This document shows, piece after piece, positions 38,530 to 52,380 of a stretch of DNA of 64,000 nucleotides (within the stretch, counting starts at the first letter, position 1; the number at the start of each line of letters is the position of its first letter). The position numbers and the translations under genes were made by a program. The notes beneath the pieces are model-generated. The model was not told the origin of the DNA. It made no database searches and worked only from the letters and a program-made list of their open reading frames with translations. The stretch lies in NCBI RefSeq assembly GCF_006345805.1, contig NC_043002.1, forward strand, positions 8,494,001-8,558,000. The letters are read 5' to 3'. The stretch is from Octopus sinensis (taxonomy: Eukaryota).

Positions 38530-39560
38530 TGAGATGTCTTCCCGTGCTTGTTCTTGTAAATTTTGAGATGATCCTTCTGTGTGTCTAATCTAATATGCAT
38601 TTTCATTGTATGTCTTCTCATCACTCCAGATCTTTTCCCAAAATTTTCAACTTCCTCAGTGGGAGATAATGGTCCTTTTCTACTTTCCTATTTCTCTGTA
38701 AAATATTTTGGCATTGGATGTCAACAGTTTATTTTGCTTGTGAAAATTGTTTCTTTTATCAATTTTTAAAATTCTTTGAGCTTTCACTAGGACTTTTGTT
38801 TCAGTATTTCTTTTGTAATATCAGTTCTTCTCTTGATGAAAACCCATATTTCCTCTTCATTTTACACCATTAATTCATTTAAATATTTAAATTAGTTCAT
38901 TCAATATTGATATTCTCCCTCTTATTAATTTAATCCCCTTTTTACTTCAGATTAGATTTCTTCATAAGTTTAGTTTTCTTTGTTTTTTGAAGTCATACAA
39001 TTTGTTTCAATTGCCTTCGCAGATGTGTAAATAAGTTCATTTAATTCATTAAGATTAGGTTTTAGTTCTTGTATGATTTCTTTTGTTACATAGTTACCAA
39101 TTTTAATTTGTTTTTTTATTTTAGATTGTATTTGAGAGTTTATGAAGTGGTTCTTTATCATTGTATGTGTTACAACTGCAGGTTCATTCAGAATTTTCTG
39201 CTTCATCAATAGACTGTGTTCTGTGTGTTCTTCAACAAATGTGTGGTCTTCAAATAGTGTTTCTTTACCACTTCCCTGGTTATCTTTATCAGGTTCATTA
39301 GAATGAATTTCTTATTTCTTTTTTGTGTGATTTGGTCAGATGACAATCTTTCAATTAAAACTCATGGCTGGCTTCTCTCTTCATCTGATTCTTCATTTCC
39401 TTCTTGTCTTATAGTTAAATAATTTTTCACTGTGTGCTTGATCATGGTTACTTCAGTATCTATCATTTCTGAAGATATCCCTCCTAATATTTGCTGACTT
39501 GTTTTCATCCACTTTTTGCTTCACCATTTTCATGTTAAACTACATTTTTTCCATGGAAAA
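38530..39560 (-). mobile_element. Degenerate R4/Hero-type LINE ORF N-terminal region
   Basis: DENKSANIRR-like and NLNELNELIYTSAKAI segments; many stops. Confidence 0.55.
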
Positions 39561-40555
39561 TTATATATCATTCGAAAGCTCTGGATGTGAACTTTCTTTT
39601 CATATAGTTTTAATCAAAATCTGACATTTACTTATGATGCCAGGGTCCTTCAATCACCCTGGTATTTCCACCCATTCACAAAGTTTGTCCCTTTTTCCTT
39701 TTTTTATTTTTGACTGCTGAACAGTAGTAGCCCTCATTCTAGTTCAATGCACTGGTGTGCTACAACATTTATGCTAAAAATTATGCAGTCATGAAAAGAT
39801 TTTTTTTTACTTTATTTCATCATCATCATCATCGTTTAACGTACGCTTTCCGTGCTAGCACGGGTTGGACGGTTTGACCAGGGTCTGGGAAGCCAGAAGG
39901 CTGCATCAGGCTCCAGTCTGATCTGGCAGTGTTTCTACAGCTGGATGCCCTTTCTAACGCCAACCACTCCGTGAGTGTAGTGAGTGCTTTTTACGTGCCA
40001 CCGGCACAAGTGCCAGGGGAGGCTGGCAGCATCCACAATTGGTTGGGGCTTTTTACGTGCCACCGGCATAAAAGCCAGTCAAGGCGGCGCTGGCATCAGC
40101 GATATAAAAATTGATGGGGGTAGGCCAGATAAGCATTATGAAATGTAAAAGTGAAAATTTTATTATTAATTTGCACTTAGAAAAGAACATATTTTCTATA
40201 AGATTTTTATAGCAGAAGAAAGAAAATTTTCTTGCAAATTCAATAGAGTCGTTGCCAAATGTGGCCACAATATGATGTAAAAGCATTAAGTGAATAAAGA
40301 GAGTGGTACTACTATGGCTGCACATACAAGATTAATGCATATTCATGCTGCTTGTCAAACTGACATATTCCCACACAGCAGGAGGTCGAACGAAATATGA
40401 ATCCAAGGTTTCAAATATTGATTTTGAGCCAGAATTTCAAGAAATGGATGAAGTAATTGGCAAGTAAGTATATTTCTATGAAAAAATGCACTAAATTGAG
40501 CTACATGAGTCTTCTAGAGCCTAAAATTAGCATGGCATTGTCATATTGAGAATAT

Positions 40556-40932
40556 TACTCCTTTTTTACTCTTTTACTTATTTCAGTCATTTGACTGCAG
40601 GGCATGCTGGAGCACCGCCTTTAGTCGAGCAAATCGACCCCAGGACTTATTCTTTGTAAGCCTAGTACTTATTCTATTGGTCTCTTTTGCCAAACCGCTA
40701 AGTTACAGGGATGTAAACACAACAGCATCTGTTGTCAAGTGATGTTGGAGGGAACAAACACTGGCAAACACACACACATATACATATATATGACGGGCTT
40801 CTTTCAGTTTCCGTCTACCAAATCAACTCACAAGGGTATAGTAGAAGACACTTGCCCAAGGTGCCATGCAGTGGGACTGAACCCAGAACCATGTGGTTGG
40901 TAAGCAAGCTACTTACCACACAGCCACTCCTG
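40556..40932 (-). mobile_element. SINE family A (small internal deletion)
   Basis: Same body and tail. Confidence 0.8.
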
Positions 40933-42856
40933 TTCATTCTCCCTTGCTGTTTTAATGTGTGGTAAGCAACATCCAAATTTTACCAAGCAGATATTCCTGT
41001 ACATGTGAATTTCATTTTCCTTTGAGAAATATTGGTCAAATTTTGTCAATAAAAATCATACTGTACAAAGAATATTATTTTGTCAACTATTAAAGTCTGA
41101 TGTGGTCTATTCTGTTTTTCTGATTTTGAATACAGTCAGACAATTTGTGGTAATATTTACATTTTCACAAGTAAGTGCTGATTCATTTTGGGCCTTTTCT
41201 CTTTCTCTCTCTCCCACTAACAAGTTTTCTGTAAGATGCAGATGTTTTTAATGCTAAAGCAAGGAATTAGTTTTCAAATTCTGTGTTTTTTAATCTAAGT
41301 CAACATGCAATTTTGAGAAAGGTAGCAGTTGGTGGTGGGATGTGCTAGAAACAACAACTAAATCTCCCTTAAATCACACACTTTTCTATCTGAAAATATT
41401 TTCAAATCCCCCCCCCCCCACCATAAAAGCTTCTCACATCATTTTGAACTGCGGAGTGCAAGAAATTTGTCCAAAATCAGTCCAGAGGTTAGGAAACAGG
41501 GCGTGGTAGTGGAGGGAATCATAAATTTTCCAAAAATTCTTTTCATAAAAAGCTTTCCCTTATCATATGCAAGACTGTGGTGAAAAAAAAAATTGCAAAA
41601 ATCCCAGTTCAAATAGAGAAAATCCAACTTATGTGGGTGTTCTGATCTGAAACTCTGCAGTTTATAGCCATTTTTAATAGGCTATTAAACTTTTATTGAA
41701 ATGGTATCATAATATAGGCATAGGAGTGGCTGTGTGGTAAGTAGCTTGCTTACGAACCACATGGTTCTGGGTTCAGTCCCACTTAGAAACAGGTGAATGT
41801 TGGCAACTACCCCCATCAAATTTTGTCTGACTCATGAAACCATGGAAAAGTGAATGTTAGGAGGATGATGATTACACACACAAATTAAAATCAGTTTTGA
41901 GTTTGCTTATATATAGAGAAATTTTTGCTGATAAAACTGAGTCTTCAAAACTTGTAGTTGCATTTAATACCGATGAAAAATAAATTTATATAATTCTGTA
42001 TAGTTACAAACTTTAAAAGAATAAAGAGAGCGAGAGAATGAAGATGGTGATAGAGATATATTCTGTTAAAGGAAATATTTCAGTATACCATGTCTAAGTG
42101 AATAAGGAGTAATGTCTGGTTTACTTAGGTAAATAAAGAGAGAAATGTGGTTAAACAACTTTTCATACTAAACGCTCTTTACAAATACTTTTTTTTTTTA
42201 CAAACACAAATCATTAAAAAAAGATATTTCAAAGTAAATCTATCTTTTTTTTTTTATACTTTTGTTCTTATGTACTTTAAGGAACTTTCACATCCCGCCA
42301 TCTATTGTGAACAAAGTTGCTCTTTAGAAATATATGAAAGCCATGCTCAAAACTGTGAGGCAACAACTCTTAGAGACATACACACAAATTTTATTACCGG
42401 TTTCTGCCACTGAAATGTAACCATGCTAGGGCATTACACTCATGGGTTCATGCAATTATATCACCTCAGTCCTCAGCTTGATACAACTCATTTTATCAGT
42501 CACTATTCACTGAAAAGCTAAGTTCATCAATGGTATTCTGTCCCTTCAGGAACACAAGTGCCAGATCTTTACACTGATTTTCACAAACCTATACCATTCC
42601 TGCCAGATATATGCAGTTATGTATCATGGTAGATAAGGTAGGCAGTGCCGGTCCAAACTAAAACTATAAATATTGATTATTGATTTCAAAGGCCAGAAAT
42701 TTTGGGGGAGAGGATAAATCGATTATATTGACCCTAGTTTTCAATTGGTGCTTATTTTATTGACCTCAAAAGGATGAAAGGCAAAGTCAACCTCAGGGGA
42801 ATTTGAACCCAGAATGTAAAGACAGCTGAAATGCTGCTAAACATTTCATCCAGTGT

Positions 42857-43600
42857 GAAAACCACTTGAGAACTGGCAAAAGAACTTGCTGGAAGTTGTC
42901 AGAAAACTGCCAGCAAACATTTGAATGCAATCAGAAAATCAAAAAAGCTTGGCAATTGGGTACCACATGATTTGAATGAAAATCAGAAAATATGCAGATA
43001 TTAAATTTGCTTGTCGCTTTTTCTCCATGACCAGATCGATCTGTTTCTTGACCGTATTGTAACTTGCAATGAAAAAAGAAAAGTGGATTCTGTACAATAA
43101 TAAAAAATGTTCTCTGCACTGGTTGGACAAAAATGAAACACCGAAAACCTTCCTTAACCTGAGCTCTTCAAAAAGAAGGTTATGATGACTGTTTGGTTGT
43201 GTACTACTAGACTCATCCACTATAACTTCTTAAAACCTGGAAAAACCATTACTGCAGAAACATATTGCCACAAAATTGCCAAAATGAATGAAAAACTACT
43301 ACTTGTCCGTCCCAGACTGGTCAACAAGAGAGGGTCACTCATTCTTCACGACAATGCTTGTCCACACGTTTCACTAATAATGCTCCAGAAGTTGAGGGAA
43401 CTTTGCTACAAAGTTCTTCCCCACTCAGCTTATTCCCCGGCCCTTTCTCCTACCGACTACCACTTTTTCAAGCACTTTGATGGTTTCCTGCGAGAGGAGT
43501 TCAAAAATCAAACCAATGCTGAAAGTGTATTCAAAGAGTTTATCAGCTCCAGAGCTCCAGATTTTTATGTTACTGGAATAAACAAACTTGTAACTCATAG
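42857..43600 (+). mobile_element. Mariner DD34D transposase remnant
   Basis: WVPHDL, LDRIVTCNEK.WILYNN, LHDNACPH, YSPALSPTDYHFFKH motifs; frameshifted. Confidence 0.9.
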
Positions 43601-43949
43601 TCTTTTAAAGACAGCAGTATATATGATCTGAAGGATATTTAGCAGTTACTTCTAGCAAGTTGAGGGGCTGTATATTGGTTCAATAGTCAATTGTTACTAA
43701 TTATTGACAAAATATAGGTCAATTTTGATCAAGCAAATTAATGATCAAGCAAATTAATGATCAAAAGATATCCAACAGCAACCATATTATCTTTTTAGTT
43801 TTTCACTGAGACATCTTTAAGGTCCCATGCAATATGCCCTTTTTCAAGATAGCAAACTATGATTTGAAGGAGCAGATCAAATGACTCCATCAAGGTCCCC
43901 TTATAATGGCAGAACTGTTACAAGTAATGCAGTTCATTTTTTTTTTTTC

Positions 43950-44440
43950 ATTTTCATCTAGTTTCAGCTCACGAGCTGTGGCCATGCTGGGGCACCGCCA
44001 TTCGGTGTTGTTACATGATTTTACTTCACGAATGCTTTTTAGCAATTGACATTTGGTGCATGAGAGAGTTTGATGCAGCTGCCCTCATTTGCACCTCCTG
44101 CCGTGAAGTTGGTTCATCTGGGACACCTGACAGGAAGAGGTCCAGCTTTATTTTGAAGACATCTGCATCCACCCCATGCAGGTCTCTCAGGTCCTTCGGG
44201 AGGATATTGAAGAGCTGTGGACCTCTGAAGCCCAGGCTATCACAGTATCTTGTCCTACATCTTGAAGGCAAATTTGGAGTCCTTGGCACTATGCAGTGGC
44301 ACCCAGTTCTAGTATTTGTGTAACTCTTGACTTTGGGACAAGTCCTTCCAGGATCTTCCAGATGTATATTATGGCATATCTTTCTCGCCTATGCTCTAAG
44401 GAATAGAGTCTTAATCTCTTGAGTCTTTCCCAATAGCTTA
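43950..44440 (-). mobile_element. Same LINE family, 3' end
   Basis: ORF track 44026-44289, near-identical to the 32-kb copy. Confidence 0.8.
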
Positions 44441-45121
44441 GTTGGATAATAACATCATCACCTCTCTCACAAAACTGGATTAACCATGTTGTGCTCTGTT
44501 AACCTAGTTAGTTTCTAAAAAATAGTCAACTTAAATGATTAGTAAATAGACCAACATGTGTTAATTAGCTAAAGAAGAAATCAAAGCAAATCACACACAC
44601 ACTCACAGAGGTTTTTTTGTTTTTTTCCAAGTAATAGTTTCATATTCTAAGATTTCACAAGGAAGTTTGAAATTACATTCAGAAACATAATACATGAGAA
44701 AATACCTGAGCGTCCAACGACAGGGAACAACTAACATGAATTTGCACGAAAATCTATGTCACATCACTTTAATTACACGGACAATATTGCAGTCAAATCA
44801 ACAGGTTGTGCAATCAATAAGTAAGTGGGCCGTCTTGAACTTGCTGTTAGGGTATTGTTTCAACTTTTCTCCTTCCACTTTAATGTCACAGGAGTCTTTC
44901 CGAGTTTTAATTGCGAGAAAGAGTTCAAATTAATCAGGGCCAATTTCAACAGGAAATTTTCCTAAAATGTCTATTTGATACAAATAGTAATCAGAAACAA
45001 AGATGTGTGCACGAAAGAAGACATTGAATACTCTTCTACTTTTAACCTAATTTGTTTATGTGCATTTGTTTACACTGCTAGAAAGAGCAGTCAAATATCC
45101 CCAAAATCACACTCTACAATA

Positions 45122-45520
45122 TCTTTATATATAAAAGTGAGGTTGTGTGCTGTCTGTCTCCTACGATTTAGATTCCTAACTACTCCCACATTTTGCGGTG
45201 CAGTTTAACCAAAACCGGGTATCTTATAGTCGTGATTCATATCGAGCCCTTCTGGGTATTAGCACGCGTCTATGATGAGTCTATGATTTAAAAAAAAATT
45301 TACCATCATTTTTTCCATTTTAATGCATTTTTTCGCTATTATATAAGGGAAGTAACTCTCTAAAAATGTCTACAATGAATCAACGATTTAAAAAAAAATT
45401 TACCATAATTTTTTTCCCATTTTTAATGCATTTTTTTGCTATTTTTTGGCTATAACTCTCTAAAAATGCTTATATAGTTATTTCCCTTACAAACCCGAGC
45501 AACGCCGGCAATACTGCTAG
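45122..45520 (+). mobile_element. Non-autonomous Helitron
   Basis: 5' TC(TTTATATATAAAAG), 3' subterminal cccgagcaacgccgg then CTAG, inserted between A and T; internal tandem duplication. Confidence 0.85.
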
Positions 45521-47617
45521 TTAAAGATAAAGGAACATTGTAGAACCATATATATAAAAAAGATAGGATTGTCACAGCTGAAATGCCTGATGAGGACTGA
45601 CCTGTAGTCTAACAACAGTGCATGCACACGTGCACACACACAGAGTTTTTTCGTTTCAGTCATTGGACTGTGGAAATGCTGCCACATGGTCTTCAAAGGT
45701 GTTTAGTCAATTATAATCATCATCATTGTTTAACGTCCACTTTCCGTGCTAGCATGGGTTGGACGTATGACTGAGGGCTGGCGAACCAGATGGCTGCACC
45801 AGGCTCCAATCTTGATCTGGCAGAGTTTCAAAGCTGGATGCCTTTCTAACGCCAACCACTCCGAGAGTGTAGTGGGTGCTTTTACGTGCCAGGTGAAGCT
45901 GGCAACGGCCACGATTGGTTGGTGCTTTTTACGTGCCACCGGCATGGAGGCCATTGGAGGTGGCGCTGGCAACAGCCATGTTCGGATGGTTCTTTTACGT
46001 GGCACTGGTATCACAACTACAATTTCCATTGATTTTTGATCGATTTAGATAAAATAATAAACTTATTGTATACAGTGCTCAGGTACACTACAACCCATCA
46101 GAAGTAGCAGCCAAAAGTGCATGAACAGTACATAAAATAGTGCACAGGAAGTGAACAGCGAATGAGTTGCTTAAAAAGAAAAAGAAAAAGCAGCGGAACA
46201 TCAGGTGTACTGTTGGTGAATTTCAGGAAATATGGAAGTTTTGAAGGATGTAGTATCCCAACAGCTGACAACTGATGTGGGTAGTTTATTTCATTCTGAG
46301 TGTGAATGAATTGCTAAGTTAACTTATGACAGAAAAGAGATGCAACGTAATGCTTGTACATGCACACACACACACACACACACAACCGTTAGATGCTCTT
46401 GTTATATACACATGTTCATTTATTCAGAGCTCAGAGAAGTTAAAACCTTGTCTCAAATATAGTTTACAAGATAGATGAACATCTTGAAATATGCTTCACA
46501 TTTCTTAATATTGAAAAAAATTAGGGCAGATTTTGAAAAAAATATATACCCCCCCCCCAAAAAAAAAGCCAACCTAAAACTTGAACTAAAAGAATGGCAT
46601 GATGCTTTTTATTTTTTTTTGGCAGAAGAAACTTAAAATGATAAAGCAGAATCACAGATAGAGGATCTAAGAGTAATTAACAAAGGTTAAATAGGAAAAG
46701 GATATCTACAGGTGTTGGAGTAAGGAGAAATGCTGAAAGAAAAAATAGGTACTGACACTGCATATTGTGTATATGTGTATATGTCTTACTGGCACTCGAG
46801 CCCTGTGCTAGTAGGGTATTAAAAGTACCATCCGAGCATGATCGTTACCAGAGCGTCTATTTGGCCTCTGTGCCGGTGGCACGTAAAATCCACCATTCGA
46901 GCGTGATCATTACCAGCAATGCCTTACTGGCACCTGTGGCAGTGGAATGTGTAAAATTATTCGAGCGAGGTCGTTGCCAGTGCCGCATGACTGGCCCCGT
47001 GCCAGTGGCACGTAAAAGCACCCACTACACTCTCGGAGTGGTTGGCGTTAGGAAAGCCGTCCAGCTGTAGAAACTCTGCCAGATCAAGATTGAAGCCTGG
47101 TGCAGCCATCTGGTTCACCAGCCCTCAGTCAAAATCGTCCAACATATGCCAGCATGAAATGTGGACGTTAAACGATGATGATGATGATGTGTATATAGGA
47201 ATGCATGTTTGCAAGTTATATGAAAGTGTCTGTGTTTGTAACTATGACTATGCTGTGATTATGTGTATGTGAGTATATGCATATGTAGTATGACTGTTGT
47301 ACATTTGCATATTGTATGCCTGTGTGTGCATGTGTATGTTTGCATGTCATTTGCATGCTGTGCAGGCAGTTCAGTTGTCAGAATCCCATATTTTTGTATA
47401 GCCGGTTCTACAATGTTCTGTATGTTATTCCAGTTTTAAGATTGTAGAGTATGATTTCAGGGATACTTGGCTGCTATATCTAGCAGTTTGATACCACTAC
47501 ATTGACTCATGCATATATGCAAATTAGGTTAAAAATAGAAGAGGGTTTGGTTTCTTCTTCCGGTATGCATCTTGTTTCTGTTTAGTACTTGTATAAAACA
47601 GGCATTTCTCTCAGTAT

Positions 47618-48210
47618 GTATGTCTGTGTTTGTTTTATTTGTTCCTTCTCGAGCCATGCCTGGCTCATAAGGGCTGGTTTCCCAGTTTCCTTGGCGTATA
47701 GGTTCCCCACCTGGTCGGGATGCCAGTTAGTCGCAGGTGAGCTGCTAGATGCAGGAGGAAAGAGTGAGAGAAAGTTGTGGTGAAAGAGTCAGCAGAAGTT
47801 TGCCATTACCTTCTGCCGGAGCCGCATGGAGCTTAGGTGTTTCGCTCATAAACACACACATCACCCAATCTGAGATTCGAACCTGCGATTCCTCGACCGC
47901 AAGTCCGCTGCTCTAACTCATTTATTTATTACCCACAAGGGGCTAAACATAGAAGGGACAAACAAGGACAGACATAGGTATTAAGTCGATTACATCGACC
48001 CCAGTGCGTAACTGGTACTTAATTTATCGACCCCGAAAGGATGAAAGGTAAAGTCGACCTTTGCGGAATTTGAACTCACAACGTAACGGCAGACGAAATA
48101 CCGCTAAGCATTTCGCCTGACATGCTAACGTTTCTGCCAGCTCGCCGCTCTAAGTATGTATGTCTGTGTAGAGTGTGTGTCTGCTCTAACCACTAGGCCA
48201 TGTGCCTCCA
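47618..48210 (-). mobile_element. SINE family C, tail type 2, interrupted by a family B copy
   Basis: Body 47618-47918; 5' head end at 48181-48210; family B copy 47920-48150 in between. Confidence 0.7.
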
Positions 48211-48354
48211 TGTGTCTGTGTGTGTGTGTGAGGGGGTGCACAGATCTTTTTGTGCACATGTTGTTTTTGTTGTTGGTGTTTAGCTCCAGGTTAACTCAGA
48301 TTTAGGGAAATCTGCTACTATTTCTAGCAAGTCAATGCTTCTCTGCTAGCTTGT

Positions 48355-48740
48355 ATCTGTATTGTGTGTGTGCAGATATGTCTGTAAGCTATTTATATAC
48401 ATGTGAATTATGTTTTGTGCACAAACATATCTGTGTATTTGCATGTATGTGTACATATTTGTAGCTTGTGTCTGTGTGTGTGTGTGTGTATATGCCTCTA
48501 TGTGTAGATGTTTACGCATGTTTGCAGATATGTGTGCAGCTGTGCATGTGTCCTTGAGAGGTGTATATATGTGTATGTATGTGTATATGTGCCTAAGTGG
48601 TGTGTGTATGCATATGCGTGTGAGTCTGCGTAGCATGCATGTATGTGTGATTGTAACTGTATATGCATGTGAGTCTGTGCAACATGCATGTATGTGTGAT
48701 TGTAACTGTATATGCATGTGTATGTATGTGTGTGTAACAG
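48355..48740. repeat. Degenerate (TG/TA) tract with internal duplications
   Basis: Seen directly. Confidence 0.8.
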
Positions 48741-49348
48741 TTATTTCAATCAATACTAATGTGAGAATAGTCGTTACCATCACCATCATCGTTATCATTG
48801 CCATGACCATCATCATCATAATCATAACGATGATCGTCAAAATGAAGAATAATACATCTCACCAGCAAAACAGAACAGGTTGTTGAATAAGTCTATCAGA
48901 TTGCAATAGAAATCTCAGGTGAATGAAGAAGAAAAGAACAACACTAGATCCAGTCTAAATATAACCTGGTCTCAGCAGGAATATGGTAAACCAGGAGGTT
49001 CACGTCTTTTTCTTTGGAAAAAAGAAAGCTAAACATTAGACAGCTTTCTTCTTGAAGAGGGAAAAAATGCATCGGAACAAAGCAGCAGCTGCAAGACAAA
49101 CATGCAGAATACCTGTATGCGCAGACACATGCGCACATGCACACACACGCAATTTGTTGTTGTTGTTATCTGCAAGTGCGCTTTTCTTTCTTCATACATG
49201 TCAAACTGACAACCTACCTGTCACTGTCAAATACCAAACAAAACTGTAACAACCGGTACACAGGGGAATGGATACCTGGTGGTTTTATTTCACACCATTT
49301 CAAAACCGAGTACAATGCTCACATCAAATCTCTCTTATTTGTGTATGA

Positions 49349-49392
<44 letters not shown>

Positions 49393-50269
49393 CACACACA
49401 CACACACACAAACACACAGACAAACACTCACAAATATTCTTTTCTACTCTAGGCACAAGGCCCGAAATTTTTTGGGAGGTGTGTGTGTGGGGGGGGCAAT
49501 CGAGTAGAACAACCCCAGTATGCAACTGGTACTTAATTTATTGACCCTGAAAAGATGAAAGGCAAAAATCAACCTCGGTGGACACATACATGAATATTAT
49601 CTACAAACATGCATAAGCATGGACATACATTTGTATGTACACATAGAGGCATATATATATATATATCATCATCATCATTTAACGTCCGCTTTCCATGCTA
49701 GCATGGGTTGGACGATTTTGACTGAGGGCTGGCGAACCAGATGGTTGCACCAGGCTCCAATCTTGATTTGGCAGAGTTTCTACAGCTGGATGCCCTTCCT
49801 GACGCCAACCACTCCGAGAGTGTAGCGGGTGCGGTTTACATGCCACCGGCATGGGGGCCAGTCTAGCAGTACTAGCAACGTCCTCGCTCGAATCTAAAGG
49901 ATGATGATGATGATGTACAAAGGACAGAACAAAAGAACTTTTATTTATTTCTTTGCAAGTGAGACCTAGATTTAAGTTGTGATATACAATTAAACAGTTC
50001 ACTGTTTTCTTTAAAATGGGTGCATGTGTAAATCTACATTGTACTGGGCACCATTTAATAATGTAGGGGTAGACTACACACAATTCATTCACTATATTTA
50101 TTCAAAACAGCCTGATACGTAATACAATAGGTTGACATGTTAACAAATTTCTTTTGAAATACATTTACTTTGTTTCATTTAACTTAAACAATAATAAAGA
50201 ATTTACTAAATAGCTGTCATTATTGCACTTAGTATAAAGTGGAGGGCTGGCAGAATGGTTAGCAAGTCA

Positions 50270-50440
50270 GGCGCAGAAATGGCTGTGTGGTAAGTATCTT
50301 GCTTACCAACCACATGGTTCCTGGTTCAGTCCCACTGCATGGCACCTTGGGCAAGCGTCTTCTACTATAGCCTCGGGCCGACCAAAGCCTTGTGAGTGGA
50401 TTTGGTAATCGGAAACTGAAAGAAGCCCGTCATATATATG

Positions 50441-50471
<31 letters not shown>

Positions 50472-50669
50472 ATGTTTGTGTGTCTGTGTTTGTCCCCCAA
50501 CATCGCTTGACAACCGATGCTGGTGTGTTTACATCTCAGTAACATAGCGGTTCAGCAAAAGAGACTGATACTAGGCTTACAAAGAATAAGTCCTGGGGTT
50601 GATATGCTTGACTAAAGGCGGTGCTCCAGCATGGCCACAGTCAAATGACTGAAACAAGTAAAAGAGTAA
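50270..50669 (+). mobile_element. SINE family A
   Basis: Head ggcgcagaaatggctgtgtgg to tail gaaacaagtaaaagagta. Confidence 0.85.
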
Positions 50670-50904
50670 GCCAGACAAAATGCTGCTAAGCATTTTGTCC
50701 ATCTTTACGTTCTAAGTTCAAATTCTGCCAAGGTTGACTTTGCCTTTCATCCTTTTGAGGTTCATGAAATAAGTACCAGTTGTGCACTGGGAGCTGATTT
50801 AATCAACTAACACCCTCCTCTAAAGTGTTCAGGCCTTGTGTGTATTAACAGAAAGAATTATTAAACTAGTGTTTTGAACATAAATTTACATGGAACAAGT
50901 ACAA

Positions 50905-51358
50905 GAATGGCTCTGTGGTAAGAAGCTTGCTTCCCAACCACATGGTTCTGGGTTCAGTCCCACTGTGTGGAACCTTGGTGCAAGTGTCTCCTACCATGTC
51001 TCAGGCTGACCAAAGCTTTGTGTGTGGATTTAGCAGGCGGAAACTGAAAGAAACCTGCCATATATATATATATACTGAATGTGGCAGATGCCAGCGCTAC
51101 CTGACTGGCGTCCGTGTCAGTGACACATAAAAGCACTAATGGATTGTGGCCATTTGCCAGCCTCTGTGCCCCTGGCCCCTGTGCCGGTGGCACATAAAAA
51201 ACACCCACTACACTCATGGAGTGGTTGGCATTAGGAAGGGCATCCAGCTGCCACACCAGACTGGAGCCTGTTGTAGCCTGCATGGCTTACTGGACCCTGG
51301 TCGAATCGTCCAACCCATGCTAGCATGGAAGACGGACGTTAAATGATGATGATGATGA
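50905..51358 (+). mobile_element. Composite SINE: family A head and core, (TA)n, family D (RTE-type) body and tail
   Basis: A-type head/core 50905-51058, (TA)n, then hairpin-array body ending ccaacccatgctagcatggaagacggacgttaaatgatgatg. Confidence 0.7.
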
Positions 51359-51803
51359 TATATATTTATATATTTATATATATATATAATATTATCAAAG
51401 GGTAATCAGAAATATTAGAAATTTCCATTACTAGTGGCCTAACATGTAAAAATTTAGTCAACAGACTATATATTACTCATATAAATACAGTGTACATTTA
51501 GCCATCATAGGACTACCTACATGTTAGAGAGAACAGTTAAATTCCGAACCACTATTAGAGAGAAAAATCAAAGGGACTGAAAAATAAAAACATTTACCAT
51601 CTAACTCCTGAACCAATGGTGTCAGACTTTTTTTTAGCAAATAAAATAATTTGCTAGGCAAAGCCTTCTTCAGCAGGTATACCTTAGACTAAATATATAT
51701 ATATATATATATGAGGTCCAGGAATTAGATGGTAAATGTTTTTTATTTTTCATTCCCTTCGATTTTTATGATGGCTACCTCTTACGTGTTTAAATGTACA
51801 CTG

Positions 51804-51853
<50 letters not shown>

Positions 51854-52099
51854 ATATATATACATACATACATAGTGTGTCTGTGTGTGTGTTTGATCCC
51901 CAACACCAATAATCAGTGCTGGTATGTTCATGTTTCTGTAACTTAGTGGTTTGGCAAGTGAGGTTGATAGAATAAGTACCAGGCTTTAAAAAAATAGGTA
52001 CTGGGGTCGATTCATTTGATTAAAAGTTAGTTCTTCAAGGTAGTGCCCCAGCATGGCCCCAGTCTAATAACCAAAACAGATAAAAGATATAAAATAAAA

Positions 52100-52380
52100 G
52101 ATGGATTTGGTTTGCAAGATTCTTTATATGAGTTCGTGTGTTGAAGCATATTCTATTGTGTCAGGGGAGAGTCATTCTCTTTTAGTGCTTTATTATTTAA
52201 CACACACACTGGTAAGATTTCCACTTTTTTTCTTATTTTTATTTTCCTAAAATTTTCGTTGCATCTTGCAAGGTTGCAAGATGCAACGAAAATTTTAGGA
52301 AAATAAAAATAAGAAAATTTTATCGGTGCGTGTGTTACATAATAAGACACAAAAAGAAAATGACTCTCCCCAGACACAAT
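52100..52380. mobile_element. Foldback element family 2 (centre deleted)
   Basis: Inverted arms 52155-52380 (tgtgtc.ggggagagtcat...atgactctccccagacaca) with centre cgttgcatcttgcaa-gg-ttgcaagatgcaacg; shares a unique left extension with the 55.0-kb copy. Confidence 0.8.
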
